Part shown: piece after piece, positions 54,533 through 63,183 of the stretch
Numbering within the stretch: position 1 is the first letter of the stretch
How the letters are laid out: each line of letters begins with the position of its first letter
Assembly: GCA_035622655.1 (NCBI GenBank)
Contig: DASPUY010000274.1
Location: 3,320-67,319 of the forward strand
DNA: 64,000 bases
Reading direction: 5' to 3'
Source of the DNA: Polyangiaceae bacterium
Lineage (GTDB): Bacteria; Myxococcota_A; Polyangia; Polyangiales; Polyangiaceae
Made by a program: the position numbers and the translations under genes
Notes under the pieces: generated by a model
What the model was told of the DNA's origin: nothing
The model's database searches: none
What the model saw: the letters and a program-made list of their open reading frames with translations, nothing else

Positions 54533-55725
54533 GCCGCGTCGCCGGGAGCGAGGCCCACGGACGTGGTCCGCGCAAGCCGCGTCAGCAGCATGTCGGCCGA
54601 CCCGATGTCGACCGCTCCCACGCAAAGCGCCCGACCCACGCGGGGGACGAAGAGCACCCGGCACCGGCCCCGAGCCCCCGGCGTGATGCTCGTCAACGCC
54701 AGGTCGAGAGCGAGGCCCAAGGCGATGACGAAAAGCCCGCCCAGGATGAGCGATGGCGATGCTGCACGAAAGCCGTCGACCAGTGCGCGCATGCCGACGT
54801 AGGTCCCGGTGACGAGCGCCAGAAGAGCCGCATAGAGCTTGAGCCGCGGGTATCTCACTTCGCGCGTAGCTCGCGCAAGCCCGGAAGCCGGCACGACCAC
54901 GTCGCGCTCGGAGAGCGTGCGACCGAGCAGTTCGACTCGCCACGTGACGCGCAATCCGCCGTCGCCAGTCAACCGGACCTCCGCGGGCCGTCGATACGCC
55001 AGCGCGACACGTCCAGTGATCCGCGCGACGTGAAGAAGGAACGAGACGCCGCTCAGCGCCAAAAGCACGGCCGCGAACGAGCTTCGCGGCGACGGAGTCC
55101 ACTCCCCCAGAAGCGGTCCCACCGAGGTCGTACTCTCCTTGGCGCGAAGCACCTGGATCAGCTTGGGATCGTGCACCTCGGCGGCCAGCGCCTCGGCGAG
55201 GCTCGCGGCGACCGGACCGTCCGCCGTGGCGAGCGCCGCGGCCGCGAGGAGCGCCTCTCCCCGATCGGCCGACGGAGCGCCCAGGTCGGCCCCGCGAACG
55301 CAGGCGGCAAATGCTTGCCAGACGCGCTCGGCCCCCTCTCCGAGCGACCGATCCAGAAGCGACGTTGCATCGAATGGCGTCCGGGCGGACAGGCGCAAGA
55401 CCGTTTTTGCCCGCCGCTCGTCATCCATCGCCTCGAACGGCTGGGACGCGAGCGCATGAGCTGCGAGTGCCCGGGCGAGCGAACGCTCGCGCTCGTCCGC
55501 TGGACCGCGTGCCAGTACGTCGAGTGCGTTTCCGAACGTGGACTCCGCGTCCTGCCGCAGGAGCTGCCGTTCGGTGGCGAGCTTGTCGACCTCAGCCGAA
55601 GCAGGCTCGCCTCGCTGCAGCTCCTCGGCTGTGGTGAGGATCCGAGCGGCAATCGACGCCAGATCGGCGATCCGGGCGTGACGTGAGAGCTCGTCGTAGG
55701 CACGCGCGTCTGCGTCCGCTTCCAT
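54466..55725 (-). CDS. hypothetical membrane protein (helical soluble N-domain, about 3 C-terminal TM helices)
   Basis: 419-aa ORF with ordinary composition. TM segments include AAVLLALSGVSFLLHV, LYAALLALVTGTYVGM and ILGGLFVIALGLALDLAL. The 3' end overlaps the convergent gene by 67 nt. Confidence 0.45.
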   Translation of the reverse strand: MEADADARAYDELSRHARIADLASIAARILTTAEELQRGEPASAEVDKLATERQLLRQDAESTFGNALDVLARGPADERERSLARALAAHALASQPFEAMDDERRAKTVLRLSARTPFDATSLLDRSLGEGAERVWQAFAACVRGADLGAPSADRGEALLAAAALATADGPVAASLAEALAAEVHDPKLIQVLRAKESTTSVGPLLGEWTPSPRSSFAAVLLALSGVSFLLHVARITGRVALAYRRPAEVRLTGDGGLRVTWRVELLGRTLSERDVVVPASGLARATREVRYPRLKLYAALLALVTGTYVGMRALVDGFRAASPSLILGGLFVIALGLALDLALTSITPGARGRCRVLFVPRVGRALCVGAVDIGSADMLLTRLARTTSVGLAPGDAAQRPSDDSMRSPSTASSRPADA

Positions 55726-55809
55726 CGTCCTTCGCCGTCTACCGAAACGATCGCCCGCGCGCCACTCGAGCCGGAAGTGCGACTGCGCCGGTCAGGGGAG
55801 ACGCCCGGC

Positions 55810-56760
55810 TCACGAGTGCGAGAAGTGGAGCTCACCGCCGTAGTCGACGAGTCGAGCAAAGGCTGCGATTCGAGCCGCAATCTCGGAGTGACCGATGGCC
55901 AGCAGGCGCGCGGGGCCTACGCCCTCGACACAGAAGCTACCGAGCGAGGAGGCAAAGAACATCGCCTTGCGCACGACCCATGGCGTCGCCTCGCCCCTCG
56001 AGGTCAAGTATCCCATCAGTCCCCCGGCGAAGGAGTCACCCGCTCCGGTTGGATCCAGGACCTCCTCGAGTGGGTAGCCTGGAGCGAAGAAAGTTCCCGC
56101 CTCGTCGAACAGCAGGGCGCCGAACTCTCCGCGCTTGATCACGAGTGTCTTCGGTCCGCGCCTGCGGATATCTGCTGCCGCTCGGACGAGATTGTCGATC
56201 CCCGAAAGAGCCCGCGCCTCTTCATCGTTGACGATCAGTAGGTCGACGCAGCGCAGCATTCGCGCGAGGCTGGAAGGCTCGCGCTCGATCCAGAAGTTCA
56301 TCGTGTCCGCCGCGATAAACTTCCGCCGGGGCACCTGTTCGACCACTTCGACTTGCAGCTCGGGATGGATGTTTCCGAGGAATACGAAGGTGCAGTTACG
56401 CTCCAGGGCTGAAATCTTCGGGGAGAAGCTCGCAAACACGTTGAGCTGGGTGTCGATCGTCGTGCGGCTCGCGAGGTCGGTCGAGTACCTGCCATGCCAC
56501 CGGAACGTCCGTTCGGCGGCGTGCTCGATGCCCGTGACGCCGATTCCCCGTCTCTCGAGCTCGACCAGAGTGTCGCGGGGAAAATCGGATCCCACGACGC
56601 CGACCATGCGAACGGCACCGCCTCGCATGAACGGCGAAGCGGCGAGCGAAGCGTAGGTGGCGGAGCCGCCGACCACGTTGCGGTATTCTCCCGACGGAAG
56701 GTCGATGTCGTCGAACGCGATGGAGCCGACGACGAGAAGCGTATCGGTAGTGCCGGCCAC
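55810..56760 (-). CDS. PfkB-family carbohydrate/nucleoside kinase
   Basis: Motifs seen: GGSATYASLA, DLLIVNDEEA, and the anion-hole/ATP motif DPTGAGDSFAGG. Confidence 0.8.
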   Translation of the reverse strand: MAGTTDTLLVVGSIAFDDIDLPSGEYRNVVGGSATYASLAASPFMRGGAVRMVGVVGSDFPRDTLVELERRGIGVTGIEHAAERTFRWHGRYSTDLASRTTIDTQLNVFASFSPKISALERNCTFVFLGNIHPELQVEVVEQVPRRKFIAADTMNFWIEREPSSLARMLRCVDLLIVNDEEARALSGIDNLVRAAADIRRRGPKTLVIKRGEFGALLFDEAGTFFAPGYPLEEVLDPTGAGDSFAGGLMGYLTSRGEATPWVVRKAMFFASSLGSFCVEGVGPARLLAIGHSEIAARIAAFARLVDYGGELHFSHS

Positions 56761-56782
56761 GGAGATCCTCCCTCTGCTGGGG

Positions 56783-57688
56783 CTACGTTGACTCGTCTAG
56801 ATATCGGGCGACCAGCCAGTCGAGGCGCGCGCGCGCCGACTCGGGGATCGCACCCTTCGCTGTCATGATGGCCCCCCGCAAGCTGCCGGTCGCGGCGCTT
56901 TCCCGCGGATCCGGCAACTTGCGGGCGATCTCCACGATCGTTCGGCAGGCGCGCTCGACGTTGCGCTGCATGACCGCCAGTACGGCGTTGACTGTCACCT
57001 CCGGACCGTCTTCCCGCCAGCAATCGTAATCCGTCGCGAGCGCGAGCAAGGCGTAGGGAAGCTCGGCTTCGCGGGCCAGCTTGGCCTCGGGCAGCGCCGT
57101 CATCCCGATGACGGATATGCCCCAGGAACGGTAAAGCCGACTCTCCGCACGCGTCGAGAACTGCGGGCCGTCGATGCATACGTAGGTTCCACCGCGGTGA
57201 ACCCTCGCGTCCGCACGCTCCGCGGCTTCGGCCAGCGCTCCTGCCAGATGCGGGCACACGGGATCGGAGAAGCCGACGTGTGCCACGATCCCGTCTTCGA
57301 AGAACGTCGAGCATCGCTTTCTCGTGAGATCGACGAATTGATCGACGACGACGAAGTCGCCGGGCGCAATTTCCTCGCGCATCGATCCGACGGCGCTGAT
57401 GCTCACGAGATGCGTCGCGCCGAGCATCTTCAAGGCACAGACGTTCGCGCGGTAATCGATGCAGTGCGGGGCGATCCGGTGTCCTCGTCCGTGCCGCGCC
57501 AGAAAGAGCAGCGTCGTGTTGCCCAGCCGGCCCCGGATGACTCGATCGCTCGGCGGGCCGAAGGGCGTATCGACCCCGAGCTCCTCGACGCCCTCGAGCC
57601 CCTCGAGCCTGTAAAGACCGCTGCCTCCGATGACGGCCAGCACGTGGCCTCCGGATCGGGGCGTCTGGGAGGCGGCCCGTGCGGTCAT
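56783..57688 (-). CDS. mtnP: S-methyl-5'-thioadenosine phosphorylase
   Basis: Motifs seen: LAVIGGSGLY, FLARHGRGHRIAPH, INYRANVCALK-like (IDYRANVCALKMLG), GTYVCIDGPQFSTRAES, GMTALPEAKLAREAE. ATGA overlap with the gmk stop. Confidence 0.9.
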   Translation of the reverse strand: MTARAASQTPRSGGHVLAVIGGSGLYRLEGLEGVEELGVDTPFGPPSDRVIRGRLGNTTLLFLARHGRGHRIAPHCIDYRANVCALKMLGATHLVSISAVGSMREEIAPGDFVVVDQFVDLTRKRCSTFFEDGIVAHVGFSDPVCPHLAGALAEAAERADARVHRGGTYVCIDGPQFSTRAESRLYRSWGISVIGMTALPEAKLAREAELPYALLALATDYDCWREDGPEVTVNAVLAVMQRNVERACRTIVEIARKLPDPRESAATGSLRGAIMTAKGAIPESARARLDWLVARYLDEST

Positions 57689-58317
57689 ACCAGCCGGCCC
57701 ACACGCAGCAGCGACTCGGCCAGAGGTGCGCGCCGCGATCGCAGCGCACGTTCGGCCACGAGTATCGAGCGGAGGTCATCCACGGCGCGGTCCAGATCTT
57801 CGTTCACCACGAGGTAGTCGAACAACCCATAGTGCTCGATTTCTCGTTTGGCTACCTCGTAGCGGCGTCTGATGGTCTCCTCCGTTTCACTCGCCCGGCC
57901 CCGCAAGCGGCGCTCCAGCTCCTGCATCGAGGGAGGCAGGATGAAAACGGCGATGACGTCGGTCACTTTCGATTTGATCTGCCGGGCGCCCTGGTAGTCG
58001 ATATCGAACAGCATCCCCGTGCATCCCTCGACTGCCCTGGCCCTCTCGATTTCGGCGATCGACGTTCCATAAAGGTTGCCGTGGACCTCGGCCCACTCGA
58101 GAAAAGCATCCTTGGCGACGAGCTCCAAGAAGGAAGATCGCTCGACGAAGTGGTAGTCCCGCCCGTCGACTTCGTTGGCGCGTGCGGGTCGAGTCGTATG
58201 CGACACGCTGAATCGCAGCTCCGGACATCGGTCCAGCAGGAGACGGGTCAGGGTCGTCTTCCCCGCTCCACTGGGGGACGAGAGAACGAGGAGGAGGAAG
58301 TCGTCTTGCACGTTCAT
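57685..58317 (-). CDS. gmk: guanylate kinase
   Basis: Start at ATG 58317, an ATGA overlap with the yicC stop. Motifs seen: VLSSPSGAGKTTL, SVSHTTRPARANEVDGRDYHF, EWAEVHGNLYGT. Confidence 0.93.
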   Translation of the reverse strand: MNVQDDFLLLVLSSPSGAGKTTLTRLLLDRCPELRFSVSHTTRPARANEVDGRDYHFVERSSFLELVAKDAFLEWAEVHGNLYGTSIAEIERARAVEGCTGMLFDIDYQGARQIKSKVTDVIAVFILPPSMQELERRLRGRASETEETIRRRYEVAKREIEHYGLFDYLVVNEDLDRAVDDLRSILVAERALRSRRAPLAESLLRVGRLV

Positions 58318-59186
58318 TCGACGTTTTGCACCTGTTCCCGCATGCGTTCGATCTCCACCTTCAACTCGACCACTGCGTGGGCGACCTGCGCATCGGGAGT
58401 CTTCGCACCGATGGTATTCGTCTCGCGAGCCATCTCTTGCAGCAGGAAGTCCAACCGCCGTCCAATCGGCTCCGCGCTCTTCAACAGCCGTGCGAGCTGC
58501 GCGCAATGACTCTCGAGGCGGGTGAGCTCTTCGGTAACGTCGCATCGATCCGCGAACATCGCGATCTCTTGTTCCAGACGCACGGCGTCGATGTCGATCT
58601 CCATCGTCGCGCGGAGACGGCCCGCGCGTTCGGCAAGACGCCGCCGGTGCGCCTCCAGCACGTCGGGTGACCGACGAAGGATCTCGACGGCGAGCTGACG
58701 GGCCTGCTCGAGTCTTCGGGCGAGATCGGCGCGCAGCGCCGAGCCTTCACGCTCTCGCATCTCGTCGAGGGCCTGGACGGCTGACTCGAAGGCGGCGCGG
58801 GTGGCCTCGCGGACCCGATCCATTTCGCGTTCGACCGGCGACACGAACAGATCGGGGACCGACGCGAGCAGCGAGAGGGGCACATCGCTGCCCGGCGCGA
58901 GCTCGTCGCGCAGGTCGCAGAGAGCCCGAAATGCAGCCTTCGCCCGCTCGCGATCGAGTGTTGGCGCACCGAGCACGATCCCGTCCACGCGCAGCGCCAC
59001 TTCGTAGCGTCCGCGGGTCAGCCATTCCCGCGCGACCTGCTCGACGTATCCGACGAGGTCTCCGAGGTCTCTGGGGACGCGGACGCGCACGTCCAGGAAC
59101 CGATGATTGACGCCGCGAATCTCGACTCCGAGCTTGCCCGTGCCGAGGGGCGCCTCGCCGAAGCCGAAACCCGTCATGCTTCGCAT
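58314..59186 (-). CDS. yicC: YicC-family stress-induced protein
   Basis: Start at internal ATG 59186, giving the canonical MRSMTGFG N-terminus. Also VEIRGVNHRFLDV, and C-terminal DVTEELTRLESH...LDFLLQEMARETNTIGAK. Confidence 0.88.
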   Translation of the reverse strand: MRSMTGFGFGEAPLGTGKLGVEIRGVNHRFLDVRVRVPRDLGDLVGYVEQVAREWLTRGRYEVALRVDGIVLGAPTLDRERAKAAFRALCDLRDELAPGSDVPLSLLASVPDLFVSPVEREMDRVREATRAAFESAVQALDEMREREGSALRADLARRLEQARQLAVEILRRSPDVLEAHRRRLAERAGRLRATMEIDIDAVRLEQEIAMFADRCDVTEELTRLESHCAQLARLLKSAEPIGRRLDFLLQEMARETNTIGAKTPDAQVAHAVVELKVEIERMREQVQNVE

Positions 59187-59290
59187 GGGATCTCTCACGC
59201 TACGACGATTCCCCGGACTCCTCCAGAAGGTCGGTAGGCCCTGCCCCTCCCGGCAGGCGAGGGCCGTACCCCTTCTTACCCCTTCGCAGC

Positions 59291-59800
59291 TCAGAGCCCC
59301 CGCTTGCGCTTCACTTGCTCCAGCGTGCGGGCATACTCGACCTCCCATTCGCGGGTGCCCTCGCGCACGTGACGAAGCTGCGTCCGCACTTCCGCGTCGA
59401 CGGCGGCGTCAATCGCCATGTGTTTCTTGAAAATGGGTGCCATTTTGCGGCGCAGCTCGACGTCCTCGACGAAGACCTCGTCGACGTGATTCGAGTGCAT
59501 GAGCATCTCGACCACCTGATCGAGCAGGTAGTCGAGCGCCTCGTCACCGACGCGGATCCCTTTTTCCTCCGCGACCAGCTGGCGGACCCTGGCGTAGTCG
59601 GTATTGGCTTTTCCGGTTCGCTCGAGGACGTCCTTGGCTCGCTCGTTGACCTCGCGCTCGGCGTTGACGTACTGCGTGAGGACGGCGGCGACGTCTGCCT
59701 CGACGTTCTTGGGACTTTCGGCCTCGATGTCCCTCGATGCGAGCAGCGCGCGCACGACTTCGGACGAAATGGCTGAGATCTTTCCGCTGTAAAGGCGCAT
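59291..59800 (-). CDS. DUF507-family protein
   Basis: 169 aa, helical and acidic. The MRLYSGKISAISSEVVRAL... N-terminus and overall pattern resemble DUF507. Called from memory of the family, not from a search. Confidence 0.6.
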   Translation of the reverse strand: MRLYSGKISAISSEVVRALLASRDIEAESPKNVEADVAAVLTQYVNAEREVNERAKDVLERTGKANTDYARVRQLVAEEKGIRVGDEALDYLLDQVVEMLMHSNHVDEVFVEDVELRRKMAPIFKKHMAIDAAVDAEVRTQLRHVREGTREWEVEYARTLEQVKRKRGL

Positions 59801-59823
59801 GACGGCGCTGCCTTTCTAGTTCG

Positions 59824-60933
59824 TCATTTCTTTCGACGCACGTCTTGGTTCACGGGGCCGCCCGGCGACGACTCGCCCGCGCCGCCGAGCTGAAGCCGGC
59901 GCATCACGGCCTTCTTCTGCCGTTCCTTGTATTTGGCATGCGATGCTTCCCCGATCTCGTTGTGAGCTTCGGTATCTCGGTCGACGATCTGGAATTCGCA
60001 GATGACGAAGATCACGTTGCCGAGTGGGGTGGCGATTGCCGGAGCGCGATCGAGGAGGCGCTTGGGCAGTCGCACCGGCATGTCGACCACGAAGTGGATG
60101 ATCCGATAAGACTCCGCCGAAAACTGGTTGTCGCTGGGAGTGAAGCCGTCGTCGATTCCCCCGTGCACTTGCATCTGTCCGAGCAAGGGCTTGAGCGACG
60201 TCTTCTCCACGTACGATTTGAACCCGAAGACCGAGTTGATGCTCTGGCCCGGGACGACGTAATTGAAAGGGAAGAGCTTTTTCGTCAGGTATTGGAGCAC
60301 CGGGAAGATGTCGTCGCGGGTCCGCGTGACGACGCGAAAACGCAGCTTGTCGAAAATCTGAGCGGCAATCGTCTCTTGCTTCGAAAGAAGCTTGGTCACG
60401 AGCGAGTCCTTGTTCTTACGGCCCCCGACGAACTCGACTATCGGAAAACCTCCCGCGAGCATGCCCCCGATGACTCGATAGACCTTCTCCTCGACGATAT
60501 GGAAGACCTCCTGATCGGACATCGGCAGAACGAACAGGAGCTCCCGGCCGTCGAGGTGATGAATGATGTGCATGCATTTGAGGATGGTGCACGCGCACAT
60601 CGCACGGTGGCCGCGACCTGCGGCGAGCAATAGCAGCTCGGGCACGGTCGACTGGTCGACGGGCCGTGGAATCGGGTAGTCGAATTGACGGCGCAGATAC
60701 GCGATCGCCTCGTTTTTCACGTGCTCCATCCGGGAGCGGTCGCTCGGATCCTCGGGTCGCAGCTCTTGAGCCTCGAGGAAGTCTCGAACCTCCTGGTCGG
60801 AGGCGACGTCGATCCGCCTCCAGTCGATCACCGAATCTCCCCTCAAAATGAGCCGCAGCGACTCGAGGTCGCCGAGCGTGAAGTCCTCGAGGGCTTTCAG
60901 GCGCTCGCCCCCATCGCGATAGACGTCATTCAT
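59824..60933 (-). CDS. divergent RelA/SpoT-like nucleotidyltransferase-fold protein (uncharacterised family)
   Basis: The order and spacing of the motifs mirror the RelA_SpoT synthetase core. The motifs are GRKNKDSLVTKL, IFDKLRFRVVTRTRDDIFPVL, SYRIIHFVV and VICEFQIVDRDTEAHNEIGEASHAKYKERQ. Compare G-R-x-K, D-x-x-G-x-R-I-I, Y-R-S-x-H and E-x-Q-I-R-T...A-x-H-x-x-Y-K. Confidence 0.55.
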   Translation of the reverse strand: MNDVYRDGGERLKALEDFTLGDLESLRLILRGDSVIDWRRIDVASDQEVRDFLEAQELRPEDPSDRSRMEHVKNEAIAYLRRQFDYPIPRPVDQSTVPELLLLAAGRGHRAMCACTILKCMHIIHHLDGRELLFVLPMSDQEVFHIVEEKVYRVIGGMLAGGFPIVEFVGGRKNKDSLVTKLLSKQETIAAQIFDKLRFRVVTRTRDDIFPVLQYLTKKLFPFNYVVPGQSINSVFGFKSYVEKTSLKPLLGQMQVHGGIDDGFTPSDNQFSAESYRIIHFVVDMPVRLPKRLLDRAPAIATPLGNVIFVICEFQIVDRDTEAHNEIGEASHAKYKERQKKAVMRRLQLGGAGESSPGGPVNQDVRRKK

Positions 60934-61033
60934 TGGACATCCAGCGAGATCGGACCTTAGCTCAAAAGGGAGCGCAAAAGACGGGCCGCGCCGCGGGCGT
61001 CCACCTCGGCCGATCGCACCGCTCAGGCTCGCC

Positions 61034-61053
61034 GGTGCGAACGGGTGCGAACG
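61034..61053 (+). repeat. 10-bp tandem repeat GGTGCGAACG x2
   Basis: Read directly. It is intergenic, upstream of the RelA/SpoT-like gene start at 60933. Confidence 0.8.
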
Positions 61054-61055
61054 GC

Positions 61056-61247
61056 TCAGCGACTTTCGCGAACGTCGCTCGAGTCACTCCTGAGGGCGAC
61101 GGTCGAAGGGTGGCGTCCCAGGGTCAGCGTCCCGATGAAAATGCATACGGTGACGGCGAGAACAGCGCAGTGCCCCAAAAACGCGCCCGAGCAGCCGGCA
61201 ACGGCGATGGGCGCGAAGGCCACGAGAACCCAGGGCGTCAGCTTCAT
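61056..61247 (-). CDS. possible small lipoprotein/membrane peptide
   Basis: 63 aa with a lipobox-like VAGC after a hydrophobic N-terminus. Short and unsupported otherwise. Confidence 0.2.
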   Translation of the reverse strand: MKLTPWVLVAFAPIAVAGCSGAFLGHCAVLAVTVCIFIGTLTLGRHPSTVALRSDSSDVRESR

Positions 61248-61466
61248 GAGGGAGGTCTCCGCGAGGATGTCGGCAGTGGGCGATTCTTCCGCCTTACATG
61301 TGCGCTACATTACGACATCCAACTGCGGCGATCCAAACTTCTACTGATGAGGCAGGGCCCGACGCAAGAGAAACCGACCATGAGCTCGCTCTCTCGCAGT
61401 CGGGCTCGCGCGAACTTGCGAGTCGGCGAGTCGAGAGAGCGCGCGCGAGGGGGCTAGGGGCAAAAG

Positions 61467-61516
61467 GGCGAGGGGCGAGGAAGGCGAGGGGGGCGAGGGG
61501 CGAGGAAGGCGAGGGG
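61467..61516 (+). repeat. perfect 25-bp tandem duplication, purine/G-tract rich
   Basis: GGCGAGGGGCGAGGAAGGCGAGGGG occurs at 61467-61491 and 61492-61516. It is embedded in a longer G-tract region (about 61448-61530). Confidence 0.9.
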
Positions 61517-61623
61517 GGAAAGGGTGGCGGCTCGTCGCGAGGAGCGCAGGCGACCACCACGTCGGGACACGTCGTCTCGTGGAATCGTTGCAGCTGCTGA
61601 GGCGGGCGGTTTATCGTTCGACC

Positions 61624-62112
61624 ATGGGCGTCGATCGGTCCGCTCGATGCGCTGCCGCGATCGCGCCCTTGTTGCTCTTGCCGGTCCTCGGTTGCACGAC
61701 GGTCGATCCCGGTCCGAACTTCGTCATCGCGAACGTGACGTTCGACGCGAATTACTTCTATTGCTTCGTCGAGCCCCAATTCATTTTCGCGTACAACTGC
61801 GGCTCCGGCGACCCGTCCAAGGGCGATCCGTCCAATGGCTGCCACTTCAACTCCGCCGCTGTCAGCGGTATGGCGCTTCTCAACCATCCCGCCGTCAACT
61901 GCGGCGGGGGCGATCAGGTGGTCGATCTGACTGAGATCGGCACCGGGAGCCCCGCCGAGAGCAACCTTCAGGCCGTCTCTTTCGAGATGAGCCAGCAGTA
62001 CATGACCGCCCCTCTTTTCGTGCGCCCGACCGGCAACAACCATCCGCGGCAGATATTTTCGCCGAGCGACCCCGTGGTCAATCAGCTGCTCAGCACGTGG
62101 GCGTCGAAATGA
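61624..62112 (+). CDS. Cys-rich lipoprotein (hypothetical)
   Basis: The internal ATG gives a signal with lipobox LPVLGC. There are 5 further Cys in the mature part (YFYCFVEP, AYNCGSGD, NGCHFNS, VNCGGGD). Confidence 0.5.
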   Translation: MGVDRSARCAAAIAPLLLLPVLGCTTVDPGPNFVIANVTFDANYFYCFVEPQFIFAYNCGSGDPSKGDPSNGCHFNSAAVSGMALLNHPAVNCGGGDQVVDLTEIGTGSPAESNLQAVSFEMSQQYMTAPLFVRPTGNNHPRQIFSPSDPVVNQLLSTWASK

Positions 62113-62912
62113 GGTGGATGGCGGCCGCCGCAGGGATTCTCGCGGGGGTGTCCACGACCGCGGCGCACGCGGCGGAACCTCCAGCGCTGGACGATGCCCC
62201 GGCGAACGCGTTCGCGCGCGTCGTCGTTGACGCTGCCGACCTCCGCAGCGGTCCTGGGGTCAGCTATCGCGTCATCTACGTGGCGCACCGCGGTGAGACG
62301 CTTGCGCTCGACGGCCGGCCGGCCGCGGGGTTTTGGCTCCGTGTTCTTCTTCCCGATGGACGCAGCGCGTATGCCCTCGGCGACGAGGTGCAGCCGTTCG
62401 CGGTCACTTCCGATGAGGGTGAGGCGCCCGGTCGGCCCGGGCTCTTCGCGCCACCGCCGCTGCGTGGGTCCCGTGCCGGCGTTGCCTTGCTCGGCGGGAT
62501 GTTGAGCATCCCGGTGGTCGGAAACGCCGTGCAGCGCCTCGGCTACGTGGAGGCGCGAGCGTCGCTGGTCCTGCACGAGACGGTGAGCCTCGAGGGGTTC
62601 GTGGGCGACGGGTTGACGAGCGACGGCGCCGAATTGCTTTATGGGGGTGGGGTCGCGATATACCTGGCTCCCAGTTGGCCCGTGTGTCCCTTTCTCGGCC
62701 TCTTTGCCGGGGGCCTGAGCGTCGTGCCGAACGCCGAATCGTTCGTTCTGCAGCGCCAGGACTTCTACGTCGCCCGCGCGGGCGGCGGGCTGCTCTTCGC
62801 ATTGCGAAATCGCATTCTCGTTCGCCTCGAGGCGACGGATCTCTCTGTCTTTTCGCCAAATTCATACAAGAACGCGCAAACGTATTCCGGAGGATTGGGC
62901 GTGTATTTCTGA
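62109..62912 (+). CDS. SH3 (SH3_3-like) domain plus C-terminal beta-barrel protein
   Basis: ATG 62109 makes an ATGA overlap with the upstream stop. Signal AAAAGILAGVSTTAAHA. SH3b-like ARVVVDAADLRSGPGVSYRVIYVAHRGETLALDGRPAAGFWLRVLLPDGRSAYAL. The C-terminal half is beta-strand-like and ends GGLGVYF. Confidence 0.5.
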   Translation: MRWMAAAAGILAGVSTTAAHAAEPPALDDAPANAFARVVVDAADLRSGPGVSYRVIYVAHRGETLALDGRPAAGFWLRVLLPDGRSAYALGDEVQPFAVTSDEGEAPGRPGLFAPPPLRGSRAGVALLGGMLSIPVVGNAVQRLGYVEARASLVLHETVSLEGFVGDGLTSDGAELLYGGGVAIYLAPSWPVCPFLGLFAGGLSVVPNAESFVLQRQDFYVARAGGGLLFALRNRILVRLEATDLSVFSPNSYKNAQTYSGGLGVYF

Positions 62913-62925
62913 CGCTGAAGACGCC

Positions 62926-63183
62926 ATGATCCCATTTCGGTCCAATCGCTCGAACCGTGGCGCTCCTCCCCGACCGCGCTTCGTCCTCGTGCTCGCCGCT
63001 GCAGTCACCGCGTGTGCGGGCTGCGCGACCGTCGCCCCCGAGCAGCGCGCCATTCTCGCGGATCCGGTGATGCAGTTCGACTCGGACGCCAAGCACGACG
63101 CGCCTCTACGGCATGCCCTCGACAATCGAGAGGGATCCATGGGAGGTACCGGCGTCTCCGGCGGGGGGTGCGGGTGCAATTAG
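62926..63183 (+). CDS. DUF4266-family lipoprotein
   Basis: Lipobox VTACAGC. ATVAPEQRAILADPVMQFD is followed by the family-typical C-terminus GGGCGCN and then the stop. Confidence 0.7.
   Translation: MIPFRSNRSNRGAPPRPRFVLVLAAAVTACAGCATVAPEQRAILADPVMQFDSDAKHDAPLRHALDNREGSMGGTGVSGGGCGCN

Noticed and set aside
54058-57779. 542-aa (54058..55686, +) and 493-aa (56298..57779, -) ORFs
   Set aside because: Both are Arg-rich and overlap better-supported genes (the membrane protein, PfkB kinase and MTAP) in other frames.
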